Below, one piece after another: positions 1 to 9,515 of a stretch of DNA of 64,000 nt. The position numbers and the translations under genes are program-made. How positions within the stretch are numbered: position 1 is the first letter of the stretch; every line of letters begins with the position of its first letter. The stretch spans positions 496,001 to 560,000 of the forward strand of contig NZ_SMNA01000001.1 of NCBI RefSeq assembly GCF_004353825.1, read 5' to 3'. The notes below the pieces were generated by a model. The model worked only from the letters and a program-made list of their open reading frames with translations. It did not search any database and had not been told where the DNA came from. This DNA comes from Occultella glacieicola (GTDB lineage Bacteria > Actinomycetota > Actinomycetes > Actinomycetales > Beutenbergiaceae).

Positions 1-1
1 G

Positions 2-319
2 CGAGCCGCGGAACTGCTCGACGCCGTCGGGCTCGCCGCCCGGGCCGACCGCCGCCCGCACCAGCTCTCCGGCGGACAGCGCCAGCGGGTCACGATCGCC
101 CGTGGGCTCATGAACGACCCGTCCGTGCTCCTCGTCGACGAGCCCACCAGCGCGCTGGACACCGAGCGCGGGGCCGCGATCCTGGACCTGCTGCGCCGGC
201 TCACCACCGAGCGTGACCTGGCCACGATCGTGGTCACCCACGACCGGGACCACCTCGCCCACGCCGACCAGGTCGTCGAGATCACCGACGGCCGGGCCCG
301 CGTGCTCGCCGCGGCCTGA
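2..319 (+). CDS. ABC transporter ATP-binding protein, LolD/MacB-like (5' truncated by window edge)
   Basis: Frame 2 reads HQLSGGQRQRVTIAR...VLLVDEPTSALD...VVTHD (signature motif, Walker B, H-loop). Confidence 0.9.
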   Translation, partial: RAAELLDAVGLAARADRRPHQLSGGQRQRVTIARGLMNDPSVLLVDEPTSALDTERGAAILDLLRRLTTERDLATIVVTHDRDHLAHADQVVEITDGRARVLAAA

Positions 320-347
320 GCACCGCGCCGAGCGTCCCACCGGAGCC

Positions 348-421
348 GCCGAGGTAGTCACCTGGCCCTCGATTCAGTCCCGAACACCTGGCTGACTCGA
401 GGGCCGGCCGACGGTCTCGGC
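348..421. repeat. Long imperfect intergenic inverted repeat (REP-like or terminator)
   Basis: GCCGAG..GGCCCTCGA-TTCAGTC / GGCTGA-C-TCGAGGGCC..CTCGGC. Confidence 0.6.
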
Positions 422-562
422 GCATGGTGCCGCCGCGGCAGTCAGGTCAGGTCCCGTCGCTGCGGTCGTGCCCGGTCCGCCCCGATCGACCCTCGGTGCT
501 ACCCGCCGCGGCGTCGTAGAGTGGAAACCCCACCCCAGCGGCCGAGATCGAGGTGAGTGCAG

Positions 563-1174
563 ATGCCCGCCGAGACGATCACCGCTGCCACCGAGTTCGT
601 CGTCACCACCCTCGCCGTGCTCGCCGGCACCGCTGCCGTGGGCGTCGCGGCCGTGGGCACCACGTTCTGGCTGGTGGTGCGTCGGGTGCGCCGCTCGAAG
701 GCGCTTCGCCGCGGCATGGACCGCGGGCTGCTGGGCGCCCGCAGTGTGATGTCCGACGGCGCAGGTCGCCACGGCGCACGGCTCCAGTTGACCATCGCAC
801 GGGAGCGGGAGGCGACCGCGAGGGCCCTCGCCGCGGCCGGGGCGCAGGGCCGTCCGGTCGGGGACCTGCCGGCCATCGCCGAGCAGTTGGAGTCGGTCGC
901 CGACGGTCTCGACGAACGGCTCCGGCTCGTCGAGCGGGAACCGGATCCGGCCCTGCGGGACCGGATCACCCGGCGGCTCGCGGGCGAGGTCGGCGAGTAC
1001 CAGCGGCTCGCCACCGGGCTGCGGGAGTCGGCGATGGGCAACCACAGCGCCGCCGCGGAACTGGGAGCGGCCGCCGATCGCCTGCAGATCGAGGGTGAGG
1101 CGCTGCGGACCTGGGACGTCCACCGCGCGGAGCGCGACGCCCTGCCGGACTCCGGGACGGGTGGTCGTGGCTGA
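563..1174 (+). CDS. Hypothetical single-TM, coiled-coil protein
   Basis: GAGGTG RBS; hydrophobic N-terminus followed by RRVRR; helical charged C-terminus; overlaps the next gene. Confidence 0.7.
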   Translation: MPAETITAATEFVVTTLAVLAGTAAVGVAAVGTTFWLVVRRVRRSKALRRGMDRGLLGARSVMSDGAGRHGARLQLTIAREREATARALAAAGAQGRPVGDLPAIAEQLESVADGLDERLRLVEREPDPALRDRITRRLAGEVGEYQRLATGLRESAMGNHSAAAELGAAADRLQIEGEALRTWDVHRAERDALPDSGTGGRG

Positions 1175-1838
1175 GGGAAGCATCCGGGCCCGGCTGGTCC
1201 GCCTGGTTCGGGTGCGCCGAGCCGGCACCCCCACGGGCGACCCCGCCGAGCGGCTCGCCGCGCACCTGTCCGAACAGCAGGCGCTGCTGGCCACCGCCCG
1301 GCGCTCGCTCGTGGAGCTGGCCGTGAGCAGGCGGCGCACGGATCTGCAGGCGGGACGCGCCGACGACGAGGCCCGCGCCGCCACCGAACGGGCTCGGCGG
1401 GCTGTGGCGGACGGGCAGGACACGATCGCCAGGCGGCACCTGAGCGACGCCGTCGACGCCGAACGGCGCCGGGACGCCCTGCGGCAGCGGTTCGGCGTCC
1501 TGGACGGCCAGGTCACCCACCTCGAGCAGCGTCTCGACCTGCTCGAGTCCCAGTTGGGACAGGCCACCGCGCAGCTGCACGACCTGCGCGCCGACCGGGA
1601 CGCGGCGACCGCCGCCCTGAACATCCAGTCCGCGCTCGGCGCCGCCGGTGGTCAGACCGATCAGACCGCGCAGGCGCGCGACCACCTGCGCCGGATCCAG
1701 GCCGAGACGGCCGCCCGGGACGAGATCGCCTGGGACGACCCTGACTCCCCGCAGGTGCGGGCCGCGTTCGCGGACCTGGAGCGGACCATCGCGGCGAACC
1801 AGCGGCTGATCACCGGGCTCGACCACCCGCAGGGCTAG
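1167..1838 (+). CDS. PspA/IM30 family (ESCRT-III-like) protein
   Basis: DP.E.L start of long coiled coil; ARRAVADGQDTIARRHL matches the PspA A..A...G.E.LAR..L pattern; about 223 aa; start codon inferred. Confidence 0.7.
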   Translation: MAEGSIRARLVRLVRVRRAGTPTGDPAERLAAHLSEQQALLATARRSLVELAVSRRRTDLQAGRADDEARAATERARRAVADGQDTIARRHLSDAVDAERRRDALRQRFGVLDGQVTHLEQRLDLLESQLGQATAQLHDLRADRDAATAALNIQSALGAAGGQTDQTAQARDHLRRIQAETAARDEIAWDDPDSPQVRAAFADLERTIAANQRLITGLDHPQG

Positions 1839-1843
1839 CCGCC

Positions 1844-2830
1844 TCAGGCGAGTTCGCGCAGCGCCGCGCCCAGGTCCGTGTGCCGGAACTCGAACCCGGC
1901 GGCGAGTAGCTTCTCGGGGGCGACCCACCGGCTCTTGAGCACGAGCTCGGACTCCTGGCGCAGCACGAGCATCCCGATCTCCAGCAGCCACCGCGGCGCC
2001 GGCAGCCCGACCGGCACGCCGACGGCGCCCCGCAGGCCCGCCATCAGGGTGGTGTTGTCGCTGGCCTCCGGTACGGCCAGGTTCACCGGGCCGGAGAGGT
2101 CCTCGCGGGTATCGATGAACTCGACCGCGCGGAGCACGTCCTCGATGTGGATCCAGCTGAACCGCTGTCGCCCACCGGTGTGGTGGTCCAACGGCTTCGA
2201 CGTCGTGGGGTGCGGCCCGATGCCGCGGTAGCGACGGTGCGGTAGCCACCACCCGTCGTACTCCGGGCCCCCGAGCCCGAAGCGGGCCGCGGTACGCAGC
2301 ATCGGCAGCGCCCCGTCGTCGCCGAGCACGATCGCCATCCGCAGCGCCACCCGGCGGGTCCGGGGCAGGTCGCCGTGGCCGAACACCCGCTCCCAGTTGC
2401 GCGCCACGTCCACCGAGAACCCGCCGCCGAGCTCGCCCTCCGCCTCGGTCTGCGGACGATCCATCGCGTGCCGGTAGATCGTGCCGGTGCTCGCGTTTAG
2501 CCACAGCCGGGGTGGCTGCGCCGCGCGGGCGACGGCCCGGTGCAGCGCCAGGGTGGTCGCGATCCGGGACCGGTAGATCTCGTTGCGGTTCCGGTCGTGG
2601 TAGCGGCAGCCGACGCTCTTGCCGGCCAGGTTCACCAGCAGGTCGGCGCCGTCGACGACGGCGTCGATCTCGTCGGGCGCATCCCAGCGGGCGTCCGGGC
2701 CGGACCGCCCGACCCGCCTCACGTCGTAGCCGCGGCGGCGCAGGTCGGCGATCAGGGCGCTCCCGATGAAGCCGGAGCTGCCTGCGACGACGGCGCGGGG
2801 CCGCTCCGGGGCGGGGGGCTGGTGGGTCAT
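1844..2830 (-). CDS. NAD-dependent epimerase, TIGR01777/YfcH-like (DUF1731)
   Basis: AGSSGFIG Rossmann motif, NLAGKSV, FSWIHIED, S.WV.P.KL...GF.F. Confidence 0.9.
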   Translation of the reverse strand: MTHQPPAPERPRAVVAGSSGFIGSALIADLRRRGYDVRRVGRSGPDARWDAPDEIDAVVDGADLLVNLAGKSVGCRYHDRNRNEIYRSRIATTLALHRAVARAAQPPRLWLNASTGTIYRHAMDRPQTEAEGELGGGFSVDVARNWERVFGHGDLPRTRRVALRMAIVLGDDGALPMLRTAARFGLGGPEYDGWWLPHRRYRGIGPHPTTSKPLDHHTGGRQRFSWIHIEDVLRAVEFIDTREDLSGPVNLAVPEASDNTTLMAGLRGAVGVPVGLPAPRWLLEIGMLVLRQESELVLKSRWVAPEKLLAAGFEFRHTDLGAALRELA

Positions 2831-2901
2831 GATGCCGACCCAACCATGCCGGGCCCCGCGCCGTCACCCCGGGACCCGGGGGACGCCGTCGGCCGTGGTG
2901 G

Positions 2902-3807
2902 TCAGGCCTCCTGCGCGGCCCCGTCGTCGGGAGGCTGCGGCGCCCCGGGGACGGCCGCCGTGGTGCGCCGGCGCCGGCGCCTGGTCAACCACACGATCGC
3001 GGTCACCGGGACCCCGACCACGAGCAGCCACGGTGCGATCACGCCGAGGAACACCAGCAGCCCGCTCGCGAAGGTGACGAGCGCCCGCCACCCTGTCTCG
3101 ATACCGCCGAGGAAGCCGCCGGCCTCGATCGTGGCCTCCTCCCGCGCCTCGAGCTGGAGCTGGAGCGTGGACATCGAGACCTGGTCCGCCAGGTAGGCGC
3201 GCTCGGCCTGCAGCGACTCGAGCTCGGCCTGCCGGTCGCTCAGCGCGGACTCCGCGGCGATCAGGTCCCCGCTGTCCTCGGCGTCGGCCATGATCTGCAG
3301 CAGCCGGTCGGTCGAGGCCTGCAGGGCGAGGATCCGGGCGTCCAGATCCACGGCCGTCTGGGTGACGTCCTGGGAGGTCTGGTTCAGGTCGCGAACGTCG
3401 CCGAGGTCGTCGAGGTCCTCGATCAGCCGGTTCAGTTCGTCCGCCGGCACCCGAATGGTCAGGCTCGCCCAGCCCGGCGAGTCCTGTCCCTGGGACCCGG
3501 CGGCCACCTCCGAACGCTGGTCCACCCGTCCTCCGGCCGTCTCCGCGAGCAGCGCCACCCGGTCCGCGGCCTCCGCCGGGTCGTCCACGACAACGGTCGC
3601 GTACCCGGTGGTGATGATCTGCCGGTTCTCGTCGCCGCCGAGGTCCCGGTCGGCCGCCTCCTGCTCGGCGACTCCGCCGCCACCGTCGCCGCCCGAGAGG
3701 TACCCGGGGTCGGCGCCGGAGTCGCCGGATCCGGAACCGGCGTTGCTGCAGCCGGCCAGCAGCATCGTTGCGAGAAGAAGAGCGAGGCCCCACCGCGGTC
3801 GTCTCAT
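2902..3807 (-). CDS. DUF4349-like lipoprotein
   Basis: Lipobox LLAGC; ASLTIRVP, DVT....DLDARI; C-terminal TM followed by an Arg run. Confidence 0.85.
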   Translation of the reverse strand: MRRPRWGLALLLATMLLAGCSNAGSGSGDSGADPGYLSGGDGGGGVAEQEAADRDLGGDENRQIITTGYATVVVDDPAEAADRVALLAETAGGRVDQRSEVAAGSQGQDSPGWASLTIRVPADELNRLIEDLDDLGDVRDLNQTSQDVTQTAVDLDARILALQASTDRLLQIMADAEDSGDLIAAESALSDRQAELESLQAERAYLADQVSMSTLQLQLEAREEATIEAGGFLGGIETGWRALVTFASGLLVFLGVIAPWLLVVGVPVTAIVWLTRRRRRRTTAAVPGAPQPPDDGAAQEA

Positions 3808-3944
3808 GCCCCGAACCGTAGGTGCGGATCGGTCCCAGCGGGCGGGTCGTTGCCAAGTTGTGGCCGAACCGTGCCACCAGCGTGACCGGTGGAGTCCTCG
3901 AAAACCTCTGGACGCCGTCGGGCCTCGGCGTGAGCATCGAGGAC

Positions 3945-4700
3945 ATGACGCGCATCGAGGACCTCAGCCAGTCCGACCTCTGGGACGCCACCGCGGCCGC
4001 CGAGTACGACACCCCGGGCGAGGGCATGTTCGCCCCGGAGGTGCTCGGACCGACCGTCGAGCGGCTCGCGGCGCTCGCCGACGGCGGCCCCGCCCTGGAG
4101 TTCGCGATCGGCACCGGCCGGGTTGCGGTCCCGCTCGCCCGGCGGGTGCCGGTCACCGGCATCGAGTTCTCGGAACCGATGGTCGCGCAGTTGCGCACGA
4201 AGGTCGGCGAGGCCGAGATCCCCGTGGTGCTCGGGGACATGGCGACGGCGCAGGCCGGCCCGGGTGAGTACGGTCTCGTCTATCTCGTGTTCAACACGAT
4301 CGCGAACCTGCTCACGCAGGACGAGCAGGTCGCCTGCTTCGCCAATGCGGCCCGCCACCTCCGGCCGGGTGGGGCGTTCGTGATCGAGCTGTGGGTGCCG
4401 ACGCTGCGCAGCCTCCCACCCGGGGCACCGGCGATGGTGTGGCAGGCCCGCGAGGACTACATCGGCCTGGACACCTACGACGTGCTGAACCAGCGGGTGG
4501 TCTCCCACCACTTCCGGTTCGGGGACGGTCGCGAGGCGACGCTCGGCCGCACCCCGCACCGCTACATCTGGCCGTCCGAGCTGGACCTGATGGCACGGCT
4601 GGCCGGCTTCGAGCTGGAGAGCCGGCACGCGGACTTCGCCGGTACGGAGTTCACGGCCGAGTCCCCGTCCCACGTGTCGGTGTACCGGCTGCCCGCGTAG
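3945..4700 (+). CDS. Class I SAM-dependent methyltransferase
   Basis: ALEFAIGTGRVA motif I; VYLVFNTI; HLRPGGAFVIE. Confidence 0.9.
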   Translation: MTRIEDLSQSDLWDATAAAEYDTPGEGMFAPEVLGPTVERLAALADGGPALEFAIGTGRVAVPLARRVPVTGIEFSEPMVAQLRTKVGEAEIPVVLGDMATAQAGPGEYGLVYLVFNTIANLLTQDEQVACFANAARHLRPGGAFVIELWVPTLRSLPPGAPAMVWQAREDYIGLDTYDVLNQRVVSHHFRFGDGREATLGRTPHRYIWPSELDLMARLAGFELESRHADFAGTEFTAESPSHVSVYRLPA

Positions 4701-4756
4701 GCTCGCCGGGAGCGGCCCCGGGGTTCGGGTCCGGTCCCGACGAGGGGAGCGGCGCG

Positions 4757-5368
4757 ATGGCACCGAGCGCGGCGATGACCGAACTACGGATCGTGCCGGC
4801 GAACGAGGCCACCTGGGACGACCTGGCGGCCATCTTCGGCAGTCGCGGGGAGGGCTCGCGGTGCCTGTGCCAGCGGTACCGGCTCGCCCCGGGGGAGGCG
4901 TTCGGGAACTTCCCGGTCGCCGAGCGCGCGGCCCGGCTCCGGGAGCAGACCGAGTGCGAGAACCCGACGTCCGACACCACGAGCGGCCTGGTCGCCTACG
5001 ACGGCGACGAGCCCGTCGGTTGGTGCGCGGTGGCGCCGCGTCCGCACCACGACGGTCTCGTGCGCGTGTACCGGGTGCCGTGGGACGGCCGCGAGGAGGA
5101 CCGCGCCGATGCCGGGATCTGGGCCGTGACGTGCGTGTTCGCCCGGGCCGGCCATCGCCGGATGGGGATCAGCCACGCCCTGGTGCGGGCCGCCGTCGAC
5201 CATGCGCGGGCGCGCGGCGCCCGCGCCCTCGAGGGGTACCCGACCCGGCCGGCGGGCGCGATCGAGCAGGATCTGCACGTCGGCACCATCGCCGCGTTCG
5301 CCGGGGCCGGATTCACGCAGGTGGCCGCGCCGAGCAAGCGACGCGTCGTCATGCGCATCGACTTCTGA
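4757..5368 (+). CDS. GNAT family N-acetyltransferase
   Basis: GLVAYDGDEPVGWCAVAP; HRRMGIS acetyl-CoA motif; GAGGGGAG RBS. Confidence 0.85.
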   Translation: MAPSAAMTELRIVPANEATWDDLAAIFGSRGEGSRCLCQRYRLAPGEAFGNFPVAERAARLREQTECENPTSDTTSGLVAYDGDEPVGWCAVAPRPHHDGLVRVYRVPWDGREEDRADAGIWAVTCVFARAGHRRMGISHALVRAAVDHARARGARALEGYPTRPAGAIEQDLHVGTIAAFAGAGFTQVAAPSKRRVVMRIDF

Positions 5369-5370
5369 GA

Positions 5371-5550
5371 TCAGGGTGCCGGGGTCAGGGCGAAGACCGG
5401 GTGCCGCGACGCCTCGGCCGCGAACGCCTCCGGAGGGTCGCCCGGCTGGGCGACGAAGTACGGTCGGGTGACCGTCGCGCGATCCGGACCTACGCCCGTG
5501 GCAGTCCCGGTCGCCGTGGTCCATGGGCGCGGTACTGGCTCCGGGCGCAT
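5371..5550 (-). pseudogene. 59-codon ORF whose last ~30 aa resemble the C-terminus of nitroreductase-family deazaflavin-dependent oxidoreductases
   Basis: Translated by hand: ...VTRPYFVAQPGDPPEAFAAEASRHPVFALTPAP*; below the ORF-track length cutoff. Confidence 0.5.
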
Positions 5551-5556
5551 GGGTGG

Positions 5557-6363
5557 TCAGCCGGCCGGGCGCCGCTCGGCTCGGGACGACCCGGGCCTGC
5601 CGGCGACCCCCACCCGCTCGGCGAGGAAGTCCGCCCAGGTCTGCTCGCCGAAGGTCCCGGCGAAGACATTCAGGTTGGCGCCCTCCCGGTAGGCGCGGCC
5701 CACCTTGCCCGGGAGCCCGAAGCTGACCACCCGGCGGCGTGAGCCCCGCGCACGCAGGTAGGCCCGGACGGCATCGGGCGCGTCGTAGATCTCGGGACCG
5801 ACGAGGTCCGGGACGAGCCCGGCCGGTGCCCCGAGGGCGAGGTCCACGAGTCGCGCGGCCACCTCGTCGGCGTCGACCGACTGCAGCCGCATCCGCGGCA
5901 CGGGCACCACGGGTACTGCGGACAGCGACGTCGCGAGAATCAGCACGAAGTCGTGGAACTGGGCGGCGCGCAGGACCGTCCAGGGGACGCCGGCCGCAGC
6001 GATGGCCCGTTCCAGGCCATCCTTCTCGCGGAAGTAGCCCAGGGGCACCGCACCGGCGCCGACGACCGAGATCGCCACCAGGTGGCCGACCCCGGCGCGG
6101 CGCGCGTGGTCGGCGACCACACGGGCCGCCGCGGCGTCGCCCTTGGGACCGCCGGCCAGATGCAGCACCGTGTCGACGCCGTCGAACGCCGCGTCGAGGC
6201 CGGCGCCGGTGGCGACGTCGCCCACGACGTAGCGAGCGCCGGGCCCGTCGTCGTGGGGGCGGCGGCTGAGCACCCGGGTGTCGCGGCCGGCGGCGCGCAG
6301 CCGCGCCAGGACCAGCCGGCCGAGGGTGCCGGTACCGCCGGTGACGAGAATGGGGGAGGTCAT
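5557..6363 (-). CDS. NmrA/SDR-like NAD(P)H-binding oxidoreductase
   Basis: ILVTGGTGTLG; Y...K (YFREK); WTVLRAAQFH. Confidence 0.9.
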   Translation of the reverse strand: MTSPILVTGGTGTLGRLVLARLRAAGRDTRVLSRRPHDDGPGARYVVGDVATGAGLDAAFDGVDTVLHLAGGPKGDAAAARVVADHARRAGVGHLVAISVVGAGAVPLGYFREKDGLERAIAAAGVPWTVLRAAQFHDFVLILATSLSAVPVVPVPRMRLQSVDADEVAARLVDLALGAPAGLVPDLVGPEIYDAPDAVRAYLRARGSRRRVVSFGLPGKVGRAYREGANLNVFAGTFGEQTWADFLAERVGVAGRPGSSRAERRPAG

Positions 6364-6429
6364 GAAGTTCTCCAAAGGGTTGCGTCGGGGTCCCGGTCAC
6401 ACCAGGCCGGTGCGGCGGGTCACCCCTGT

Positions 6430-6456
6430 GACACCCACGGACGGAAGGATGTGACA
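6430..6456 (-). promoter_or_regulatory. ECF41-type promoter for the NmrA-like gene
   Basis: Minus strand TGTCACA-N16-TGTC; recalled ECF41 consensus is TGTCACA-N16-CGTC. Confidence 0.7.
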
Positions 6457-7346
6457 TGGACGACGGCGACGACCTCACCGCGCTGTTCGAGCGGGCCCGA
6501 CCGCGGCTGCGCGCGGTCGCCTACCGGATGCTCGGCTCGCTCGCCGAAGCGGACGACGCCCTGCAGGACGCCTGGCTCCGCGCCGACCGGGCCGGTCTGG
6601 ACGGGGTCGAGAATCCGGCGGGCTGGCTGACCACGGTGGTGGTGCGCACCTGCCTGAACCGGCTCCGGGCGCGGGCGAACCGTCGCGAGGACGAGCTGGA
6701 CGACGTCGTGCACGTGCCCGACCCGCTGCTCGGGCCGGCGGCCGGTCCGGACCCGGAGCAGGAGGCGGTGCTCGCCGACTCGGTCGGTCTGGCGCTGATG
6801 GTGGTGCTGGACACGCTGCCGCCGGCCGAGCGGCTGGCCTTCGTGCTGCACGACATGTTCGCGGTGCCCTTTGACGAGATCGCGCCAATGCTCCAGCGGT
6901 CTCCCACCGCCACCCGCCAGCTCGCCAGCCGGGGACGGCGGCGCGTGGCCGCCTCGGTCACCGAGCCGGACCCGGACGTGCGTGCCCAGCGCGAGGTCGT
7001 GGAGGCCTTCTTCGCGGCGTCCCGGGACGGCGACCTCGACGCGCTGGTCGCGGTGCTGCATCCCGACGTCGTACTCCGGTCCGACGGCGGCCGGTCCCGT
7101 CCGCAGATGTCGATGACCCTGCACGGGCCCGCTGCCGTATCGCGGCAGGCGTTCACCGCGGCGAGGCTGTCCCCGTTCGTGCACCCGGTCCTGGTCAACG
7201 GCGTCGCCGGCGTGGTGGTCGCACCACACGGGCGGGCGCAGTTCGTGATGGCGTTCACCGTGCGGACCGGGCGAATCCTGGCCATCGACGTCCTCGCCGA
7301 CACGGACCGGCTGGCCGAGCTCGATCTGCCGCCCCTCGGGGTGTGA
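6456..7346 (+). CDS. ECF sigma factor, ECF41/SigJ-like, with C-terminal SnoaL-like domain
   Basis: VAYRMLGSLAEADDALQDAWLR; ERLAFVLHDMF; PDVVLRSDGG; NGVAG. Confidence 0.9.
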   Translation: MDDGDDLTALFERARPRLRAVAYRMLGSLAEADDALQDAWLRADRAGLDGVENPAGWLTTVVVRTCLNRLRARANRREDELDDVVHVPDPLLGPAAGPDPEQEAVLADSVGLALMVVLDTLPPAERLAFVLHDMFAVPFDEIAPMLQRSPTATRQLASRGRRRVAASVTEPDPDVRAQREVVEAFFAASRDGDLDALVAVLHPDVVLRSDGGRSRPQMSMTLHGPAAVSRQAFTAARLSPFVHPVLVNGVAGVVVAPHGRAQFVMAFTVRTGRILAIDVLADTDRLAELDLPPLGV

Positions 7347-7359
7347 GCGGACCGACGCC

Positions 7360-8214
7360 TCAGCCGGCCAGCCGTGCCTCGGCGCGCGCCACGACCCGGG
7401 CGAGCTCGTCCGCCGGTCGGTCGTTGAGCACGGCGAAGGCGACCACCTGCAGGGGGCCGCAACCGTGGAACACCTCGGCCCGGGCCACGCCGGCGGCATC
7501 GGCGAGCTGCGCGGCCAGCGCCCAGCCGTGCCAGGAGGCGAGGCTCGACAGATCCTCGGCCGGGTCGTCCAACGCGGTCAGGTCCCAGTCGAGGACACCA
7601 CTGACCCGGCCGTCGCGCCAGAGCACGTTCGAGCCGGCGAGGTCGCCGTGGTTGACGACCACCTCGACGGGTTCGAGACCTACGAGGGCGTCGATGCGCC
7701 GTCGGGCCTCGTCTCGGACGTTCGAACCCAACAACGGGACGACGCGATCGCGCAGTACCCGCTCCCAGTCCGCGCCGCCCATGAACGAGCGCGGCTCGGC
7801 CAGGTGCACCCGCACCGGCTCGGGGTCGATGCCGTGCACCGCCTCCAGCAGTGCCCGCAACGGTCCCGGCTCGCCCTGATGCGGCGGATGCGGCTCGCCC
7901 TCGACCCGCAGGGTCGGGATCGCGAGGTGGCCCTCGACGGTCACAGGTTCGCCGATGGACCTCGGCACCGCGAACGGCAGGTCCGGTAACGAGTCGACCA
8001 GCGCCTGGGCGCGCAGGAGTTCCGGCGCCCCGGACGGCTGGCGTGCCACCCGCAGCGCGGTCCGCCCGCCGAGCACCACGATCGAGGCGGAGCCGACCTC
8101 GATCCAGGTGACCGCCGAGGCCTCCGGGGACTCGCCGGCGGCCGCGAACCCCTCGGCGACCAGGGCGTCGAGGGCCTCCTGCGGTGGCCGGACGTACCGG
8201 GTCTCGAGCTCCAT
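7360..8214 (-). CDS. Aminoglycoside/peptide-antibiotic phosphotransferase family (Vph/Cph-like)
   Basis: HGDLAGSNVLW Brenner motif; GVLDWD; DPAEDL. Confidence 0.8.
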   Translation of the reverse strand: MELETRYVRPPQEALDALVAEGFAAAGESPEASAVTWIEVGSASIVVLGGRTALRVARQPSGAPELLRAQALVDSLPDLPFAVPRSIGEPVTVEGHLAIPTLRVEGEPHPPHQGEPGPLRALLEAVHGIDPEPVRVHLAEPRSFMGGADWERVLRDRVVPLLGSNVRDEARRRIDALVGLEPVEVVVNHGDLAGSNVLWRDGRVSGVLDWDLTALDDPAEDLSSLASWHGWALAAQLADAAGVARAEVFHGCGPLQVVAFAVLNDRPADELARVVARAEARLAG

Positions 8215-8279
8215 CGACCCACCGTATCCGGGTCCGCCCCCTGCTTCGGCTCGCCGGCCACCCGTGGGTCCCGCGCGGG

Positions 8280-9515
8280 TCAGCGTGCGCGGAGCCCGGC
8301 CGCGCGGTCAGCGAGGTAGCCCCGGGCAGCCGGATCGAGCGCGAGGGTGGCAGCCCGGTCGAACGCGGCCGCAGCCTCGGTGAAGCGGCCGGCCTCGGCG
8401 AGCAGGTGGGCACGGGCGGCCCAGGCCGGCTGGAAGTCGTCAACACCGTCGGGCAGCGCTGCCAGGCCGGCATCGGGGCCGTCCAGCCGGCCGACCGCTG
8501 CGGCGAGCGCGACCTGCGCGCCCAGGGTCGGGGCGAGCGTGACCAGCGCCGAGTACAGCGTGCGCAGCGCGCGGGTGTCCGTGATCCCGGTGCGCCGGCG
8601 GTCGCAGTGGACCGCCTGGATGGCCGCCTCGAGCTGGAACCGGCCGAGCCGGTCGGCGGCGGACGCCCGGCGCAGGTAGGCCTCACCCTCGGCGATCAGG
8701 TCCGCATCCCAGTCCGCCGGATCCTGTTCCGCGAGCGGCACATAGTCCGTGCCCCGACCGGGCGCCCGAGCCAGCGACAGTGCGATCAGCGCAGCGAGGC
8801 CGAGCGCCTCGGGCTCGTCCGGGAGCAGGGTCGCGAGCGTGGTGGCCAGGTAGTGGGCCTCGCCGGCGAGGGAGTCCGGGGATCGTCGGGGAGCCTCGTC
8901 CGGCCCGCCCGTGAGGGTGACCGCGTAGCACCCGTAGACGGCCTCGAGGACGCCGGGCAGCCGTTCGGACCTGGCCTCCCGTCCCGGGACGGTGAACGGG
9001 ATCCGGGTGCCTGCGATCCGGCGCTTGGCCCGCACCAGGCGTTTGGCCATGGCCTCCTTGCCAACCCCGTAGGCCCGCGCGATCCGGGCGGCATCGAGGC
9101 CGAGCACCGCCTGCAGCATCAGCGGGGTCCGGGACGCAGCATCGATCGCCGGGTGCGCGCACACGAACAACAGTTCCAGGCGGCGCTCGCCGATCGCGTC
9201 GGGGTCGACCGCGTCCAGGGGCGAGGTCGTCCGCGCCGCCTCGACGACCACCTCGCTGAGCGGCCGGGCGGTCCGGTGCGCGGCCGATCTCCAGACGTCC
9301 CGCTGGCGGTTGCGGGCGACCGTGAGCAGCCACCCCTCCGGGTTCGCCGGGACCCCCCGCTCGGGCCAGCTGCGCAGGGCGCGCTCGAGCGCGTCGGAGA
9401 GGGCGTCCTCGGCGAGCATGAGGTCCCCGGTCGGGGCCGCGAGGATCGCGACCAGCCGGCCGTAGGAGGCGCGGGCGGCACGCTCGGCCGCCGCCCGCGC
9501 CTCGGGCACGCTCAT
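8280..9515 (-). CDS. ECF sigma factor, ECF42-like (DUF6596/TPR extension)
   Basis: LAEDAL, WP..GVP.NP.GWL, LLFVCAHPAI, RLVRAKRRI, QLEAAIQAVH; ATGA overlap with the YciI gene. Confidence 0.88.
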   Translation of the reverse strand: MSVPEARAAAERAARASYGRLVAILAAPTGDLMLAEDALSDALERALRSWPERGVPANPEGWLLTVARNRQRDVWRSAAHRTARPLSEVVVEAARTTSPLDAVDPDAIGERRLELLFVCAHPAIDAASRTPLMLQAVLGLDAARIARAYGVGKEAMAKRLVRAKRRIAGTRIPFTVPGREARSERLPGVLEAVYGCYAVTLTGGPDEAPRRSPDSLAGEAHYLATTLATLLPDEPEALGLAALIALSLARAPGRGTDYVPLAEQDPADWDADLIAEGEAYLRRASAADRLGRFQLEAAIQAVHCDRRRTGITDTRALRTLYSALVTLAPTLGAQVALAAAVGRLDGPDAGLAALPDGVDDFQPAWAARAHLLAEAGRFTEAAAAFDRAATLALDPAARGYLADRAAGLRAR

